Positions 1 to 9,219 are shown, numbered from the stretch's first letter. The stretch: 64,000 bases of DNA from Alphaproteobacteria bacterium (GCA_965248835.1 CBDFLJ010000002.1:512001-576000), one strand, 5' to 3'. Notes: a model not told the origin generated them from the sequence alone. Numbers and translations: made by a program.

Positions 1-125
1 TGCGTTTGGAGCTCGCCATAGCGTCGCTCGCAGGCGATCTCGTGGGTCGCAAGATGGGCCGCCGCCTCCGCGCGCACCCGCTCGATCTCGATCAGATGGG
101 ATGCGTTTGCGGGTGACTGGTTCAT
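1..125 (-). CDS. Phage small protein, possibly holin/XhlA-like (5' part only; runs off the window)
   Basis: ATG at 125 with AAAGAG upstream; MNQSPANASHLIEIERVRAEAAAHLATHEIACERRYGELQT...; HE-x-x-C-x-x-RY pattern and position after the tail-tip gene; not in the ORF track. Confidence 0.5.
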   Translation of the reverse strand, partial: MNQSPANASHLIEIERVRAEAAAHLATHEIACERRYGELQT

Positions 126-152
126 GGCAGCTACTCTTTCCTGGGTGTTGGC

Positions 153-2453
153 TCAGGCGGCCAAGTCGGCCTCGTGCACGCGGGCGTCCTCGCCGACGGC
201 GGTGATCTCGACCTGCTCGCCGCGCGGCCTGACGGCCAGTACCCGGGCCCGCAGGCCCCATGCCTCGCCCGCGCCGAAGGCGAAGTGGGTGCGTTCCTCG
301 TCCGCTCCTGTGTAAGGCGTGATGTCGAGGTCCTCGCCCAGCTCCACGGTTCGCTCGTCGGCGCCGGGTGTCGCTGGCCAGGGCCCGCTTAGCGAGCCGT
401 CACGCCGGCGAAGGGCGATGTAATGAGTGGGCGGCTCGGCCGTCTCCTCTTCCGCCTCCCATTCCAGCGGCTCGCTCAGGGTCAGCGCGCGGCCATCGAC
501 GGCAACCACCTCGCCGCCTTGACCCCAACGCGGCAGGTCGTGGGTGATGGCGATGAGATCGCCGTAGGTCGGGATCAGGCCTTCGAGCTCGGTGCGGAAG
601 GTTATGATGCGCCGGCGATAGCGGTTGGCGGCGGCCATGTAGAGGCCCTCGCGCTCGCCATGCGCGGCGCCGGTGCAGCCGAACAGCCCGACCGTGGCGG
701 GTTTGTCGACGGCGCTGTCCGGCAGGCTTGCGGTGACCTCGGCGGGCGCCCAGGTGCGTTCCGAGAAATAGGTCACGGTCACCGCATCGGCGGTGTCCTC
801 GCCCGGCATGACGTATTGGACCCGGAAGCTGCCCTTGACGATGTTGCGGGGCCCGAACAGCGCCACCGGCAATGTGCGCGGCGCGTCGCGGACGATCCGC
901 AGGATGCCGCCCTGCAGAAACGGCAATGCCCGGCCGCAGCGGGCGATCCGGGTAAGCGCCTCCCAGACCGTCACGCCCTGGTCGAACACGGCATCGAAGC
1001 GGTCTCCGCGTGATTGCCAGACTTGATCCAGAGCATGGAGGGCGTCGAGATCGATACGGGCGTCCGCGAGGTCGGCGCCGTAGCGCGCCCGGGCGGCATC
1101 GGCAAAGGCCCAGGCGAGCGAGCGCGTGGCCCGAGGCTCGGCCCAGCCGGTCGCGGGGTCCCAGACCGGCAGTTTGCGGGTGACGATGACGTTGATCAGG
1201 CGCGCCGAGCGCGGCGAGAGATTGTCGGTCGCGCGCATCCTGACGGCGAACAGCGTGACCTCGCCGAACGCCGGCGTGTCCTGGAGGAAAGTCTTGAGCC
1301 CGCCCCAGCGGATCTCGTGGCCGTCGCCGATCTCGCCGCTCTTGTCGTTGGTGCGCCTGAGCCTTACCTCGTAGCGCCCGGCGGCGAGCGAATAACGATA
1401 ACTCTTGCGTTGCGGTGTATTCTCGGCCGCGGTCATGCTTTCCGAGGCAACCACGACCCAATCGCCGGTCGCCGTGCCTTCGACATCGACGGCGCGGGCC
1501 TCGACCTCCCAGTCGATGGTGAGGGCTTCGAGGCTGCCGTCGTCGGCCGCGTGATAGAGCCCGCGCGCCATGATCACATCGATACCGATCCCGATGGCAA
1601 CGGTGCCGGCCGGGTTGGCCGTGAAAGGACCGATCCAGCCCTCCTCGCCCGCTTCGCGGTCGTTGGCACCGATGAGTTCCTGGCCGGCGACCTCCGGTGC
1701 GTTGACCACATCCGTCTCGAACAGGCTGACGCTGCCGCCGGGCGGGACGATCTCGGTCTCGACCTCCTCGAAGGAAGCAATCGGCGTGTCCTCGATGCGG
1801 ACCTGCTCGAGGTCATATTCGCCCTGGCCGATGCAGTGCAGCTGATGCAGGTACTGCTCGTTGTCGCGGTACTCCACCCACGGCGTCGCGGCGAAATCGG
1901 GAAAGACCCGGTGGCGGCCGTAGATCACCGGGATAGGCTGAGCGAGCCGGGCATGGTTTCCTCGAGCCTGCAGCGAATAGGTCGGGCTCGGCGCCGGCGC
2001 GCTGCCAAATCCGCTCAGCGACGGCTTGGGCGGCGGGATAAGGACATTGACCAGGGTGGCGCCGACAATGGCGATGCCCGCCTGGGCCAGCCCGAGGGCG
2101 ACGGTCGAGGAGACGCCCAAGGAGCTGACGAGGGAGGGAGCCAGCATCGGTGCGAAATAGATCGCGGCGACCACGACGGCGAGCAAGAGGATGGTGCGAA
2201 GCGGATTCTTGCCGCCCCCGCCCTGGGGCAGCGGCACGAACACGACCAGATCGTTCTCGGCAATCTCCGTGTCGTGCCAGCGCTCGCGCAGAACCGGCTC
2301 GGCGTTGCGGAGACAGATCGTCGGGCACTCGAACTCCTCGATCTCCTGCCCGCAAAGCCACGCGCGGATCGAAACCGGCTCGGCGACGGCGACCACCTCC
2401 CGGTCCCGATCCGGGCGGAACGGGTTGCGCAGCATGACGACGGTGCCAGGCAT
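153..2453 (-). CDS. Phage tail tip / host-specificity protein (lambda gpJ-like) with N-terminal gpI-like segment
   Basis: Start re-placed at MPGTVVMLRNPF (TGATG overlap with upstream gene); motifs IPVIYGRHRVFPD, YLHQLHCIGQGEY, ALFGPRNIVKGSF; 766 aa. Confidence 0.85.
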   Translation of the reverse strand: MPGTVVMLRNPFRPDRDREVVAVAEPVSIRAWLCGQEIEEFECPTICLRNAEPVLRERWHDTEIAENDLVVFVPLPQGGGGKNPLRTILLLAVVVAAIYFAPMLAPSLVSSLGVSSTVALGLAQAGIAIVGATLVNVLIPPPKPSLSGFGSAPAPSPTYSLQARGNHARLAQPIPVIYGRHRVFPDFAATPWVEYRDNEQYLHQLHCIGQGEYDLEQVRIEDTPIASFEEVETEIVPPGGSVSLFETDVVNAPEVAGQELIGANDREAGEEGWIGPFTANPAGTVAIGIGIDVIMARGLYHAADDGSLEALTIDWEVEARAVDVEGTATGDWVVVASESMTAAENTPQRKSYRYSLAAGRYEVRLRRTNDKSGEIGDGHEIRWGGLKTFLQDTPAFGEVTLFAVRMRATDNLSPRSARLINVIVTRKLPVWDPATGWAEPRATRSLAWAFADAARARYGADLADARIDLDALHALDQVWQSRGDRFDAVFDQGVTVWEALTRIARCGRALPFLQGGILRIVRDAPRTLPVALFGPRNIVKGSFRVQYVMPGEDTADAVTVTYFSERTWAPAEVTASLPDSAVDKPATVGLFGCTGAAHGEREGLYMAAANRYRRRIITFRTELEGLIPTYGDLIAITHDLPRWGQGGEVVAVDGRALTLSEPLEWEAEEETAEPPTHYIALRRRDGSLSGPWPATPGADERTVELGEDLDITPYTGADEERTHFAFGAGEAWGLRARVLAVRPRGEQVEITAVGEDARVHEADLAA

Positions 2454-2857
2454 CAGGCGTCTCCGATGAAGCGATAGGTGCCCTCGATCCGCCAGCCGTG
2501 GGCCGAGAGATCGACGGGAATCTGGAACACGACGCCAATATCGCGGCCGGCATGGAGCACGCCGCCGCCGTCGACGGCGAGCCACAGGCCGACATGGACC
2601 GGATGGCGGGACTGGCGCATCAACACGGCGTCGCCCTCGCGAGCGTGTTCCACCGCCTGCCAACGTCGCCGTTCCGGATGATCGCGGAAGCCCGCGAGCA
2701 CGGCACGGAGGTCCGCGGCATCGACCGGGATCTCCGGGACCTCGATGGCGAAGTGTTCGCGCCAGCACCAGCGCGCGAGACCCCAGCAGTCGAACGCGTC
2801 CGGTCCGCGTCCGCCGGCAACCCAGGGGCGGCCGATCAGGTGTTCGGCCCAGTGCAT
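2453..2857 (-). CDS. Phage tail assembly NlpC/P60 protein (gpK C-terminal-like)
   Basis: GRGPDAFDCWGL and HVGLW catalytic Cys/His motifs. Confidence 0.9.
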   Translation of the reverse strand: MHWAEHLIGRPWVAGGRGPDAFDCWGLARWCWREHFAIEVPEIPVDAADLRAVLAGFRDHPERRRWQAVEHAREGDAVLMRQSRHPVHVGLWLAVDGGGVLHAGRDIGVVFQIPVDLSAHGWRIEGTYRFIGDA

Positions 2858-3484
2858 CTAGCGGGTGAGCCCCGGAAACCGCGTGGCGGTATAGAGATCG
2901 GCCGGGAAGGCCTTGTTGCCGATATCGAGCATGCGGGCCCGCCCGGTGACGCGGAATACGTCGACCTCGACTTCCGTGAGGGTCAACGTGATCGGCGGGT
3001 CCATCTGGGGGCCCTCGAGGTCGGTCGAGAGATAGGGCCGGTAGGTGACCTCGATCTTGTCGAGACTGGTTGCCGCGGCATCGAGGTGGCGGACGATCTC
3101 GCGGCTCACATTGTCCAGCGTCACCGCGATCTCGGGCACCGGCGCAGTGTCGACCGGCGGCAATTCGAGATCGAAGGCGAGGGCGATGAAGGGCACCATC
3201 CGCCCGGCGTCCGTCGGCGCGTCGGCCTCCAGGCGAGCCACCAGGCCGACCAGATCGCGGCCCTCCGCCGGCATGGCGTCCAGCACCGCCTGCACCTCCG
3301 CACCGCCCAGGTTCGACCAGGTTGCCTCGTCGGCGAAGTTCCGCACCACCCGGACCGCGGTCGGCTCGCCGTCGTCGTCGACGAAGGCGGGATGGCGCAG
3401 CTCGAGGGTGTGCAGAATGACGGTGTCCGAGGGCGCGGAGGCGTAGGCCTCGCGGATCGCCTGCTCGAGGGCCGGGTCCGGCAT
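2858..3484 (-). CDS. Phage minor tail protein, DUF1833 family
   Basis: EAYASAP..ILHTLELRHP..VRVVRN, FDLELP, TLDNVSREI, VTYRPYLS pattern; directly upstream of NlpC/P60. Confidence 0.8.
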   Translation of the reverse strand: MPDPALEQAIREAYASAPSDTVILHTLELRHPAFVDDDGEPTAVRVVRNFADEATWSNLGGAEVQAVLDAMPAEGRDLVGLVARLEADAPTDAGRMVPFIALAFDLELPPVDTAPVPEIAVTLDNVSREIVRHLDAAATSLDKIEVTYRPYLSTDLEGPQMDPPITLTLTEVEVDVFRVTGRARMLDIGNKAFPADLYTATRFPGLTR

Positions 3485-3491
3485 CCCCGGC

Positions 3492-3923
3492 TTACTCCGA
3501 TACCGCCGGCAGCAGGTCGGGCTTGGGATGGGCGCGCTTGATTGCGAGCCAGGCGCCGATCAGCCGGTCCATCTCGGCGGGCAGCCCGGTGCCATCGAGA
3601 CGCAGCTGGTTGAGCGCTTTAAGAATGGCGTCGAGCTGATCGGTGACCGGCATCTCGCGGGCATAGCGCTCGGCGCGGCGCGCCCGCGCCTCGACGCGGT
3701 CGACGGCCAGGACATCGAGCCGGAGGGCGAGATCGGTCTCGACGCTGAGATCGTGGATTGTGAGATCGACGCCCGGATCCTGATCGCCGTAATCGAGGGA
3801 GGCGACACGGGCGTAGTGGCGGCCGTCGATCCGGCAGAGCCAGGTGAACGCCCCGTCGGGCCAGTCGGTCGGCGGCAGGAAGTGCGCGCCAACTTCCGAT
3901 TCCACATAGCTGATCAGATGCAT
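3492..3923 (-). CDS. Putative tail-fibre assembly chaperone / hypothetical phage protein
   Basis: C-terminal RAERY..PVTDQLDAIL..W.AIKRAHPKP resembles phage fibre chaperones; follows the fibre gene; GGAGGTGA RBS. Confidence 0.55.
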   Translation of the reverse strand: MHLISYVESEVGAHFLPPTDWPDGAFTWLCRIDGRHYARVASLDYGDQDPGVDLTIHDLSVETDLALRLDVLAVDRVEARARRAERYAREMPVTDQLDAILKALNQLRLDGTGLPAEMDRLIGAWLAIKRAHPKPDLLPAVSE

Positions 3924-3935
3924 GGCTCACCTCCG

Positions 3936-4724
3936 CTAGTAGAGCTCGACCCGGGCCATTACCGAGGGGTATAGAGCGGCGCCCTCGACCCCGAGCTTGT
4001 TGTGGGCATTGCGGCCGGCGGCCCAGACGGTGCCGTCGGCGCACCGCACGAAGAAGCCGGGCTCCGAGCCATAGCCGTGCGCTACCACCTCGACCGCGTC
4101 CCATTCGTCCGGCGGGACCGGCAGCGGCCATTGCCGCGGGATTGACGTCCTACCCGTACCCCAGTCACCGTGCCGGCCGTAGTCGCCGCAGCTGTAGACC
4201 CGGCCGTCGGAGCCGAGCATGACCGTGGACTGGGTGCCGCCGGTCGAGATCATCCGCGCGGTGACGCCGTCAGGAAACCGAACCCGCGCCGGTGTGCTGA
4301 TGGTCCCCGTGATGTTGCCGATGCCCAGCTGGCCGGCCGCGTTGTAGCCGCAAGCGTAGGTGTTGCCGTCGTCGCCGTTGAACCACAGTTGCGCGTGTTC
4401 GCCGCCGGCCCAGAGATCGAGGGCCGCGCCGACCCCGGCCGGCAACGACAGCTGTTCGAAGAGATGACGATCCGTGGTGGCGCCGGTCCCATGGAAACCG
4501 TGGCCGCCGAAGCCCGCGGTCCAGATGGTGCCGTCCTTCAAGAGCACCGCGGTGGCCGCGCCGCCCGAGGAACCGCAGGGCGCCACCTTCCTGATCCGTG
4601 CCTTGCCCGGAAGGCCCGCCACCTCGGTGAAGAGGTGCTTGTCGGCGGTGCCGTCGTCGACGCCGAGCTTGCCCCAGCTGTTGTCGCCCACCGCCCACAG
4701 GGTGCCGTCGCGGGTGGCCAGGTG
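3936..4724 (-). pseudogene. RCC1-repeat (beta-propeller) phage fibre/receptor-binding protein, 5'-truncated
   Basis: Five RCC1-like repeats (GTLWAVGDNSWGKLG, GTIWTAGFGGHGFHG, GNTYACGYNAAGQLG, GRVYSCGDYGRHG, GTVWAAGRNAHNKLG); begins mid-repeat; in-frame stop upstream at 4764. Confidence 0.7.
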
Positions 4725-5408
4725 GCATCGGCGGTCGCCGCGGCGCTGGCCGATCACGGCATGTCACACGGCTGGAGCGTCGATCAGCACAATGGCGAGG
4801 TCACCGTCACCTGCACGCTGACCCACGAACGCGGGCACCGGGAAAGCGTATCTATAACCGCGCCGCCCGACGACAGCGGCAAGAAGAACGCGATCCAGCG
4901 CATCGGATCGACCGTGACGTATCTGGAGCGCTATACCCTGTTGGCGATCACCGGGCTTGCCGCCCACGAACAGGAAGACGACGGGGACTCTGCCGGCGCC
5001 CGCCGGCGCGTCGCGCGGCCGCCGAAGCGTGAAGCACCGAAAGCCGAGCCCGTTGGCCCGCCGGTCGACCCGGAGACCGGGGAACTGCTGTCACCCTCGC
5101 TGATCGCGGTGAAGCCGCTGGAGAACGGCAACGGGTCCGACTGGATGGGTTGGGGCGCCGCCCTGGCGGCCGCGCTCAAGTTCGCGACATCCGCGGCCGA
5201 TCTCGAAGCGTGGATCACCGCGAACGAACAGCCGCTCGGCAATTGCGGCCGGGACGCGCCGAAAATCGCCGAGCGCTTGCAAACCATCATCGCGAGCCAG
5301 CGAGACACGTTGTTCCAACGCGGCGACGAAAAGCCCGATGATGAACCGGAGGCCGCAGGCGAAGACGAACCGGAGTCCGCGGATGCGGAAGCCGGGGAGG
5401 CCGCATGA
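4716..5408 (+). pseudogene. ERF-family single-strand annealing protein, 5'-truncated
   Basis: ALADHGMSHGW..VTCTLTHERGHRES..NAIQRIGSTVTYLERYTLLAITGLA..EDDG signature; the upstream frame is only the antisense of the RCC1 gene. Confidence 0.75.
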
Positions 5409-5584
5409 TCGATATCAGCCTGTGCGCGGATCACGACTGTCCGAGCCGGGAGTCGTGCATCCGCTATACCGCGCAGCCGGCGGACTATCAGTCCTATGCC
5501 GATTTCGGGCTCGGGCGCGACGGCCGCGAACGGTGCGACTCCTATCTCGCCCCGCCCCGCCCGATGCCGACAGTCCAGCCATGA
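5405..5584 (+). CDS. Small Cys-rich phage protein (59 aa)
   Basis: MIDISLCADHDCPSRESCIRYTAQPADYQSYADF..RCDSY; ATGA overlaps at both ends; below the ORF-track cut-off. Confidence 0.7.
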   Translation: MIDISLCADHDCPSRESCIRYTAQPADYQSYADFGLGRDGRERCDSYLAPPRPMPTVQP

Positions 5585-5865
5585 TCGATCCGGCACGCGG
5601 CTACTGGATCGCCGTCCACGACCGTGGCGAGCTGGTGTCGCGTTTCCATGCCACCTACGGCGCCTTGCTGGCCTCGGTCGCGGCGGCCGGCGCCTGCCGG
5701 GCGCAGTCCGACCTGATCGAGGTCATCGAGCGCCGTGCCGACGGCCGCACGACGCGCCACGGGCTCGGGACACTCGACGCGTGGTGCTGCGAGCGCCGGC
5801 ACGAGCGCGATGCCGAGCGCGGGCACAGCGAAGGCCGGCGCACGGCGCAGGCCAGGGGTCGGTGA
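5581..5865 (+). CDS. Hypothetical phage protein
   Basis: MIDPARGYWIAV...; ATGA-coupled to the upstream gene. Confidence 0.55.
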   Translation: MIDPARGYWIAVHDRGELVSRFHATYGALLASVAAAGACRAQSDLIEVIERRADGRTTRHGLGTLDAWCCERRHERDAERGHSEGRRTAQARGR

Positions 5866-5866
5866 A

Positions 5867-6379
5867 ATGACCGTCATCCACCCGATCAAGTTCCGCTGGA
5901 CCGGCGAGGCGATGATCCCCCTGGTCAAGTCGGTGGCCGAGCGCCAGTACGAGGTCGGCGAGACCTACCGGCTGGAGCCGTGGGAAGAACGCTCGCCGGC
6001 CTCACACCGGCATTTCTTCGCGGCGCTGCGGTCCGCATGGGACAACCTACCCGAACATTGGGCCGAGCGATTTTCCACCCCGGAGCATCTGCGCAAATAC
6101 GCGCTCATCAAGACCGGCTATCACGACGTGCGCACCATCGCCGCCCGAAGCAACGCTCAGGCGGCCGATATCGCCGCGTTCGTCAAGCCGTTGGATGACT
6201 GCGCGGTCGTCGTGGTCCGAGAGGCGACCGTGACCGTGTACACCGCCAAGAGCCAAAGCGCCCGTGCAATGGGCAAGGGCGAATTCCAGCAGAGCAAGCG
6301 GGACGTGCTGGAATGGCTGGCAACGATCGTCGGGGTCACGACGCAACAGCTTCACGACAACGCGGGGCAGGCGGCATGA
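5867..6379 (+). CDS. Phage NinB/DUF1367-like protein
   Basis: RSPASHRHFFAAL..W and KSQS..AMGKGEF..K..VLEWLA patterns; start at MTVIHP. Confidence 0.6.
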   Translation: MTVIHPIKFRWTGEAMIPLVKSVAERQYEVGETYRLEPWEERSPASHRHFFAALRSAWDNLPEHWAERFSTPEHLRKYALIKTGYHDVRTIAARSNAQAADIAAFVKPLDDCAVVVVREATVTVYTAKSQSARAMGKGEFQQSKRDVLEWLATIVGVTTQQLHDNAGQAA

Positions 6380-6594
6380 CCAAGCCGCGCATGTCGAAGC
6401 ACGATCGGGCGATGGCTGACCCGCCCCGGCCCCTTGTCGCCGCCGACACACCGCTCCGCGATCTCCGCGAGTTGCAACGCCAGCTCGCCATCCGCGCCGA
6501 GGCTTTCCCCGACGCCAAGACCGCTCTTGAGGCGGTCACGGCGCTGATCGAGATACGGGAAGCGCGGCGAGGGCAGGGGAGGCGTCAGCGGTGA
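6376..6594 (+). CDS. Hypothetical phage protein
   Basis: MTKPRMSK...; ATGA/GTGA overlaps with neighbours. Confidence 0.55.
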   Translation: MTKPRMSKHDRAMADPPRPLVAADTPLRDLRELQRQLAIRAEAFPDAKTALEAVTALIEIREARRGQGRRQR

Positions 6595-6869
6595 CAGCGC
6601 GGCGGTCCGATCTGAGTGATCTGCCGAACTGGCCGCGTCTTCTGTCCCGCGAGCAGGCCGCGGCGTATGTGGGGATCAGTGTGCCCACGCTCGAAAGCCG
6701 GGTCGGTGACCTGTTCCCCAAACCGGTCAGGATCGGCCGGAGAAAGCTCTACGACCGCGACAGTCTCGACCGCGCGGTTGACCTTCTGACGGGCGCCCAG
6801 CCACACTCCCCTGCGCATGAAATGCGGCAGGGGCTGATCAATGCAGGTCGTAAGGTTGCGGCACGTTAA
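6591..6869 (+). CDS. Excisionase / AlpA-like HTH protein
   Basis: PRLLSREQAAAYVGIS..FPKPVRIGRRKLYDR; directly upstream of the integrase. Confidence 0.8.
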   Translation: MTARRSDLSDLPNWPRLLSREQAAAYVGISVPTLESRVGDLFPKPVRIGRRKLYDRDSLDRAVDLLTGAQPHSPAHEMRQGLINAGRKVAAR

Positions 6870-7863
6870 GCGATACAAGGGTCGCGGCAAGACCTTCTGG
6901 TATCACCGCCGGACCGGGGAACGCTTGCCCGATGATGAGGTCGCAAGGACCGCGCGCGTCCTCGATATCAACCGGAGCCTGGATGAGGGCTGGGCCGACG
7001 AGACGGTCCCGCGCTCGTTGCGCGACTTGATAAGCCAATACCGGGCGAGCCCGGATTTCTTGGAGTTGGCTCCATCGACCCGGCGCGGCTACATGACCTA
7101 TCTCGACATGCTGGCTCGTGCATACCCGACGACGCCCGCCGCGAGCATAGACCGCGCGTGCCTGTACGAGATCCGCGATGCGCTGGCCGACACTCCACGC
7201 GCCGCCAATCTGACCCTCTCGCTCATGTCGATTCTGCTACGATTTGCCGTCGATCGGGGCTGGCGCGCGGACAATCCGGCGGTGCGGGTCAAGAAGCTGC
7301 GCGGCGGTAAGAGCTACGAACCCTGGCCGGAGACGGCGATCGAGCGGTTCCGCGCCGGCGCGAACCTGCGGATGGTTTGGGCCGTCGAGATCGCGCTCTA
7401 CACCGGCCAGCGCCAAGGCGACGTGCTGGGGATGCAGTGGAGACATATCCGCGACGGCCTGATTTCTGTCGCCCAGGCCAAGACCGGCGAACGGCTGTCG
7501 ATCCCGATCCACCGCGACCTTGCGGTCGTGCTCGATCAGATCCCACGCGACCATTTGGCGATCGTCCATACCGAACGCGGCAGTCCCTACACGTCCTCGG
7601 GATTCCGGTCAACCTTCCGCAAGGAACTCTCACGGCTCGGCCTGGTCGGTCTCCAGTTCCACGGCCTTCGTCACACCGCCGGCGTGAAGCTCGCCGAGGC
7701 TGGATGCACCGACCGCGAATTGATGGCGATCCTGGGGCACCGGACTGCCTCGATGGTCACCCGATACACGCGCCAAGCCGACCAAAAACGCCTCGCCCGA
7801 TCGGCGATCGTGAAGCTCGAAACGAGAACAAAAGTGTCTAACACACCTGACGGAACTGTCTAA
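6841..7863 (+). CDS. int: Tyrosine recombinase / phage integrase
   Basis: Complete catalytic set: TGQR, QAKT, HGLRH, LGH, RY; N-terminal arm-binding-type beta segment. Confidence 0.95.
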   Translation: MQVVRLRHVKRYKGRGKTFWYHRRTGERLPDDEVARTARVLDINRSLDEGWADETVPRSLRDLISQYRASPDFLELAPSTRRGYMTYLDMLARAYPTTPAASIDRACLYEIRDALADTPRAANLTLSLMSILLRFAVDRGWRADNPAVRVKKLRGGKSYEPWPETAIERFRAGANLRMVWAVEIALYTGQRQGDVLGMQWRHIRDGLISVAQAKTGERLSIPIHRDLAVVLDQIPRDHLAIVHTERGSPYTSSGFRSTFRKELSRLGLVGLQFHGLRHTAGVKLAEAGCTDRELMAILGHRTASMVTRYTRQADQKRLARSAIVKLETRTKVSNTPDGTV

Positions 7864-7865
7864 CA
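7835..7865 (+). repeat. Direct repeat TGTCTAACA x2, candidate integrase arm-type sites
   Basis: Exact 9-mers at 7835-7843 and 7857-7865, 22 bp apart, next to the att/tRNA. Confidence 0.55.
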
Positions 7866-7885
7866 TGGCGGATTTCGACCCGCCA
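7866..7885. terminator. Hairpin between the convergent int and tRNA-Lys
   Basis: TGGCGG-N8-CCGCCA; no clear U-tract. Confidence 0.35.
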
Positions 7886-7910
7886 ATGTCCCGTAACCCA
7901 TTGAAAAGGT

Positions 7911-7986
<76 letters not shown>

Positions 7987-8051
7987 GCCCTGGGGGCTGG
8001 CTTATAGCAAAACCGGACGAGGTTGGCCAGCGCGCGCGGACGAAGTCCGGC

Positions 8052-9200
8052 TCAGAAATCCTCGACGATGCCCGACTTTCCGATCATCGTGTCGCGATGG
8101 ATGCTGGCGGACAGCAACAGCCCGAAGCCGGTCATCACCGACAGCATCGCGGTGCCGCCGTATGAGATCAGCGGCAGCGGGACGCCGACCACCGGGACCA
8201 GACCCATGACCATGGCGATGTTGATGAACACGTACAGCGAGACCGTCACCGTGACGCCGACGCCGAGGATCCGGCCGAACTGGTTGCGCACCCGCACCGA
8301 GAGCGCGATTCCGTAGGCGAGCAGCACCAGGAACAGCGCCAGAAGCGCCAGCCCGCCGAGCAGGCCGAACTCCTCGGCCAGCATGGTGAAGATGAAATCG
8401 GTCTGACGCTCGGGCAGGAAGTTGAGGTGGGCCTGAGTCCCCTGCATGAACCCCTTGCCGAAGACGCCGCCCGAACCGAGGGCGATCTTGGACTGCAGGA
8501 TGTGGTAGCCCGCCCCCAGCGGGTCGGTCTGCGGATCGAGGAAGGTCAGGATGCGCTGGCGCTGGTAGGGCCTGAGCACCGACCACACGACCGGCAGGGC
8601 GGCAAGCCCGACAACGCCGACCACGGCGAACGTCCAAAGCCGGACGCCGACCACGAACAGGATCGCCGCACCGCCCGCCAGCAGCATCACCGCGGTGCCG
8701 AGATCGGGCTGGCGCAGCACCAGGACCGCGGGCAGCGACGTCATCAGGATCGGCGCGATCAGGAAGCTGGGCCGGCCGACATCCTCGATCGTCGCGCCGT
8801 GGAAATAGCGCGCGAGCCCCAGCACCAGAGCGATCTTCATCACCTCCGAGGGCTGCAGCTTGAAGAAGCCCAGGTCGATCCAGCGCCGGGCGCCCATGCC
8901 GGTCGACCCGGCGATCTCGACCACGACCAGCAGCACCAGGACGACGGCATAGACCGTGTAGGCGTGGCGCAGCCAGAACCGGATATCGACCAGGGCGACC
9001 ACCAGCATCAGCGTCAACGCGACGCCGAAGCGCGCCGTCTGGCGGATCGCCCAGGGCTCCCAGCTGCCGTTGCCCGCCGAATAGAGCATGCCGACGCCGA
9101 TGGCGGCGATCGCGCAGAGCAGGATCACCAGCAGCCAGTTGAGCTGCACGAGCTTCTGGCCCAGCGATATGCCCCGGCCGGTGGCGAGCCTGAAACCCAT
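8052..9200 (-). CDS. rodA: Rod shape-determining protein RodA
   Basis: GARRWIDLG..QPSE, QPDLGT, LPERQTDFIF, PLISYGG; after mrdA. Confidence 0.96.
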   Translation of the reverse strand: MGFRLATGRGISLGQKLVQLNWLLVILLCAIAAIGVGMLYSAGNGSWEPWAIRQTARFGVALTLMLVVALVDIRFWLRHAYTVYAVVLVLLVVVEIAGSTGMGARRWIDLGFFKLQPSEVMKIALVLGLARYFHGATIEDVGRPSFLIAPILMTSLPAVLVLRQPDLGTAVMLLAGGAAILFVVGVRLWTFAVVGVVGLAALPVVWSVLRPYQRQRILTFLDPQTDPLGAGYHILQSKIALGSGGVFGKGFMQGTQAHLNFLPERQTDFIFTMLAEEFGLLGGLALLALFLVLLAYGIALSVRVRNQFGRILGVGVTVTVSLYVFINIAMVMGLVPVVGVPLPLISYGGTAMLSVMTGFGLLLSASIHRDTMIGKSGIVEDF

Positions 9201-9219
9201 GCGCGCCCGCCGCCCCGGC

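Larger units (their letters stand above)
1..7910. mobile_element. Prophage remnant (right end), integrated at tRNA-Lys(CTT); extends beyond the left edge of the window
   Basis: Tail-tip genes on -, early genes plus xis/int on +; the integrase ends 48 bp from the 3' end of a tRNA. Confidence 0.9.

Noticed and set aside
4170-4715. N-terminal part of the 412-aa plus-strand ORF, as a novel ERF fusion
   Set aside because: It is the antisense shadow of the RCC1 gene; only the part after ~4716 resembles ERF.
3936-4724. Diversity-generating retroelement or shufflon acting on the fibre gene
   Set aside because: No reverse transcriptase, template/variable repeat pair or invertase is visible in the window; the region to the left cannot be assessed.
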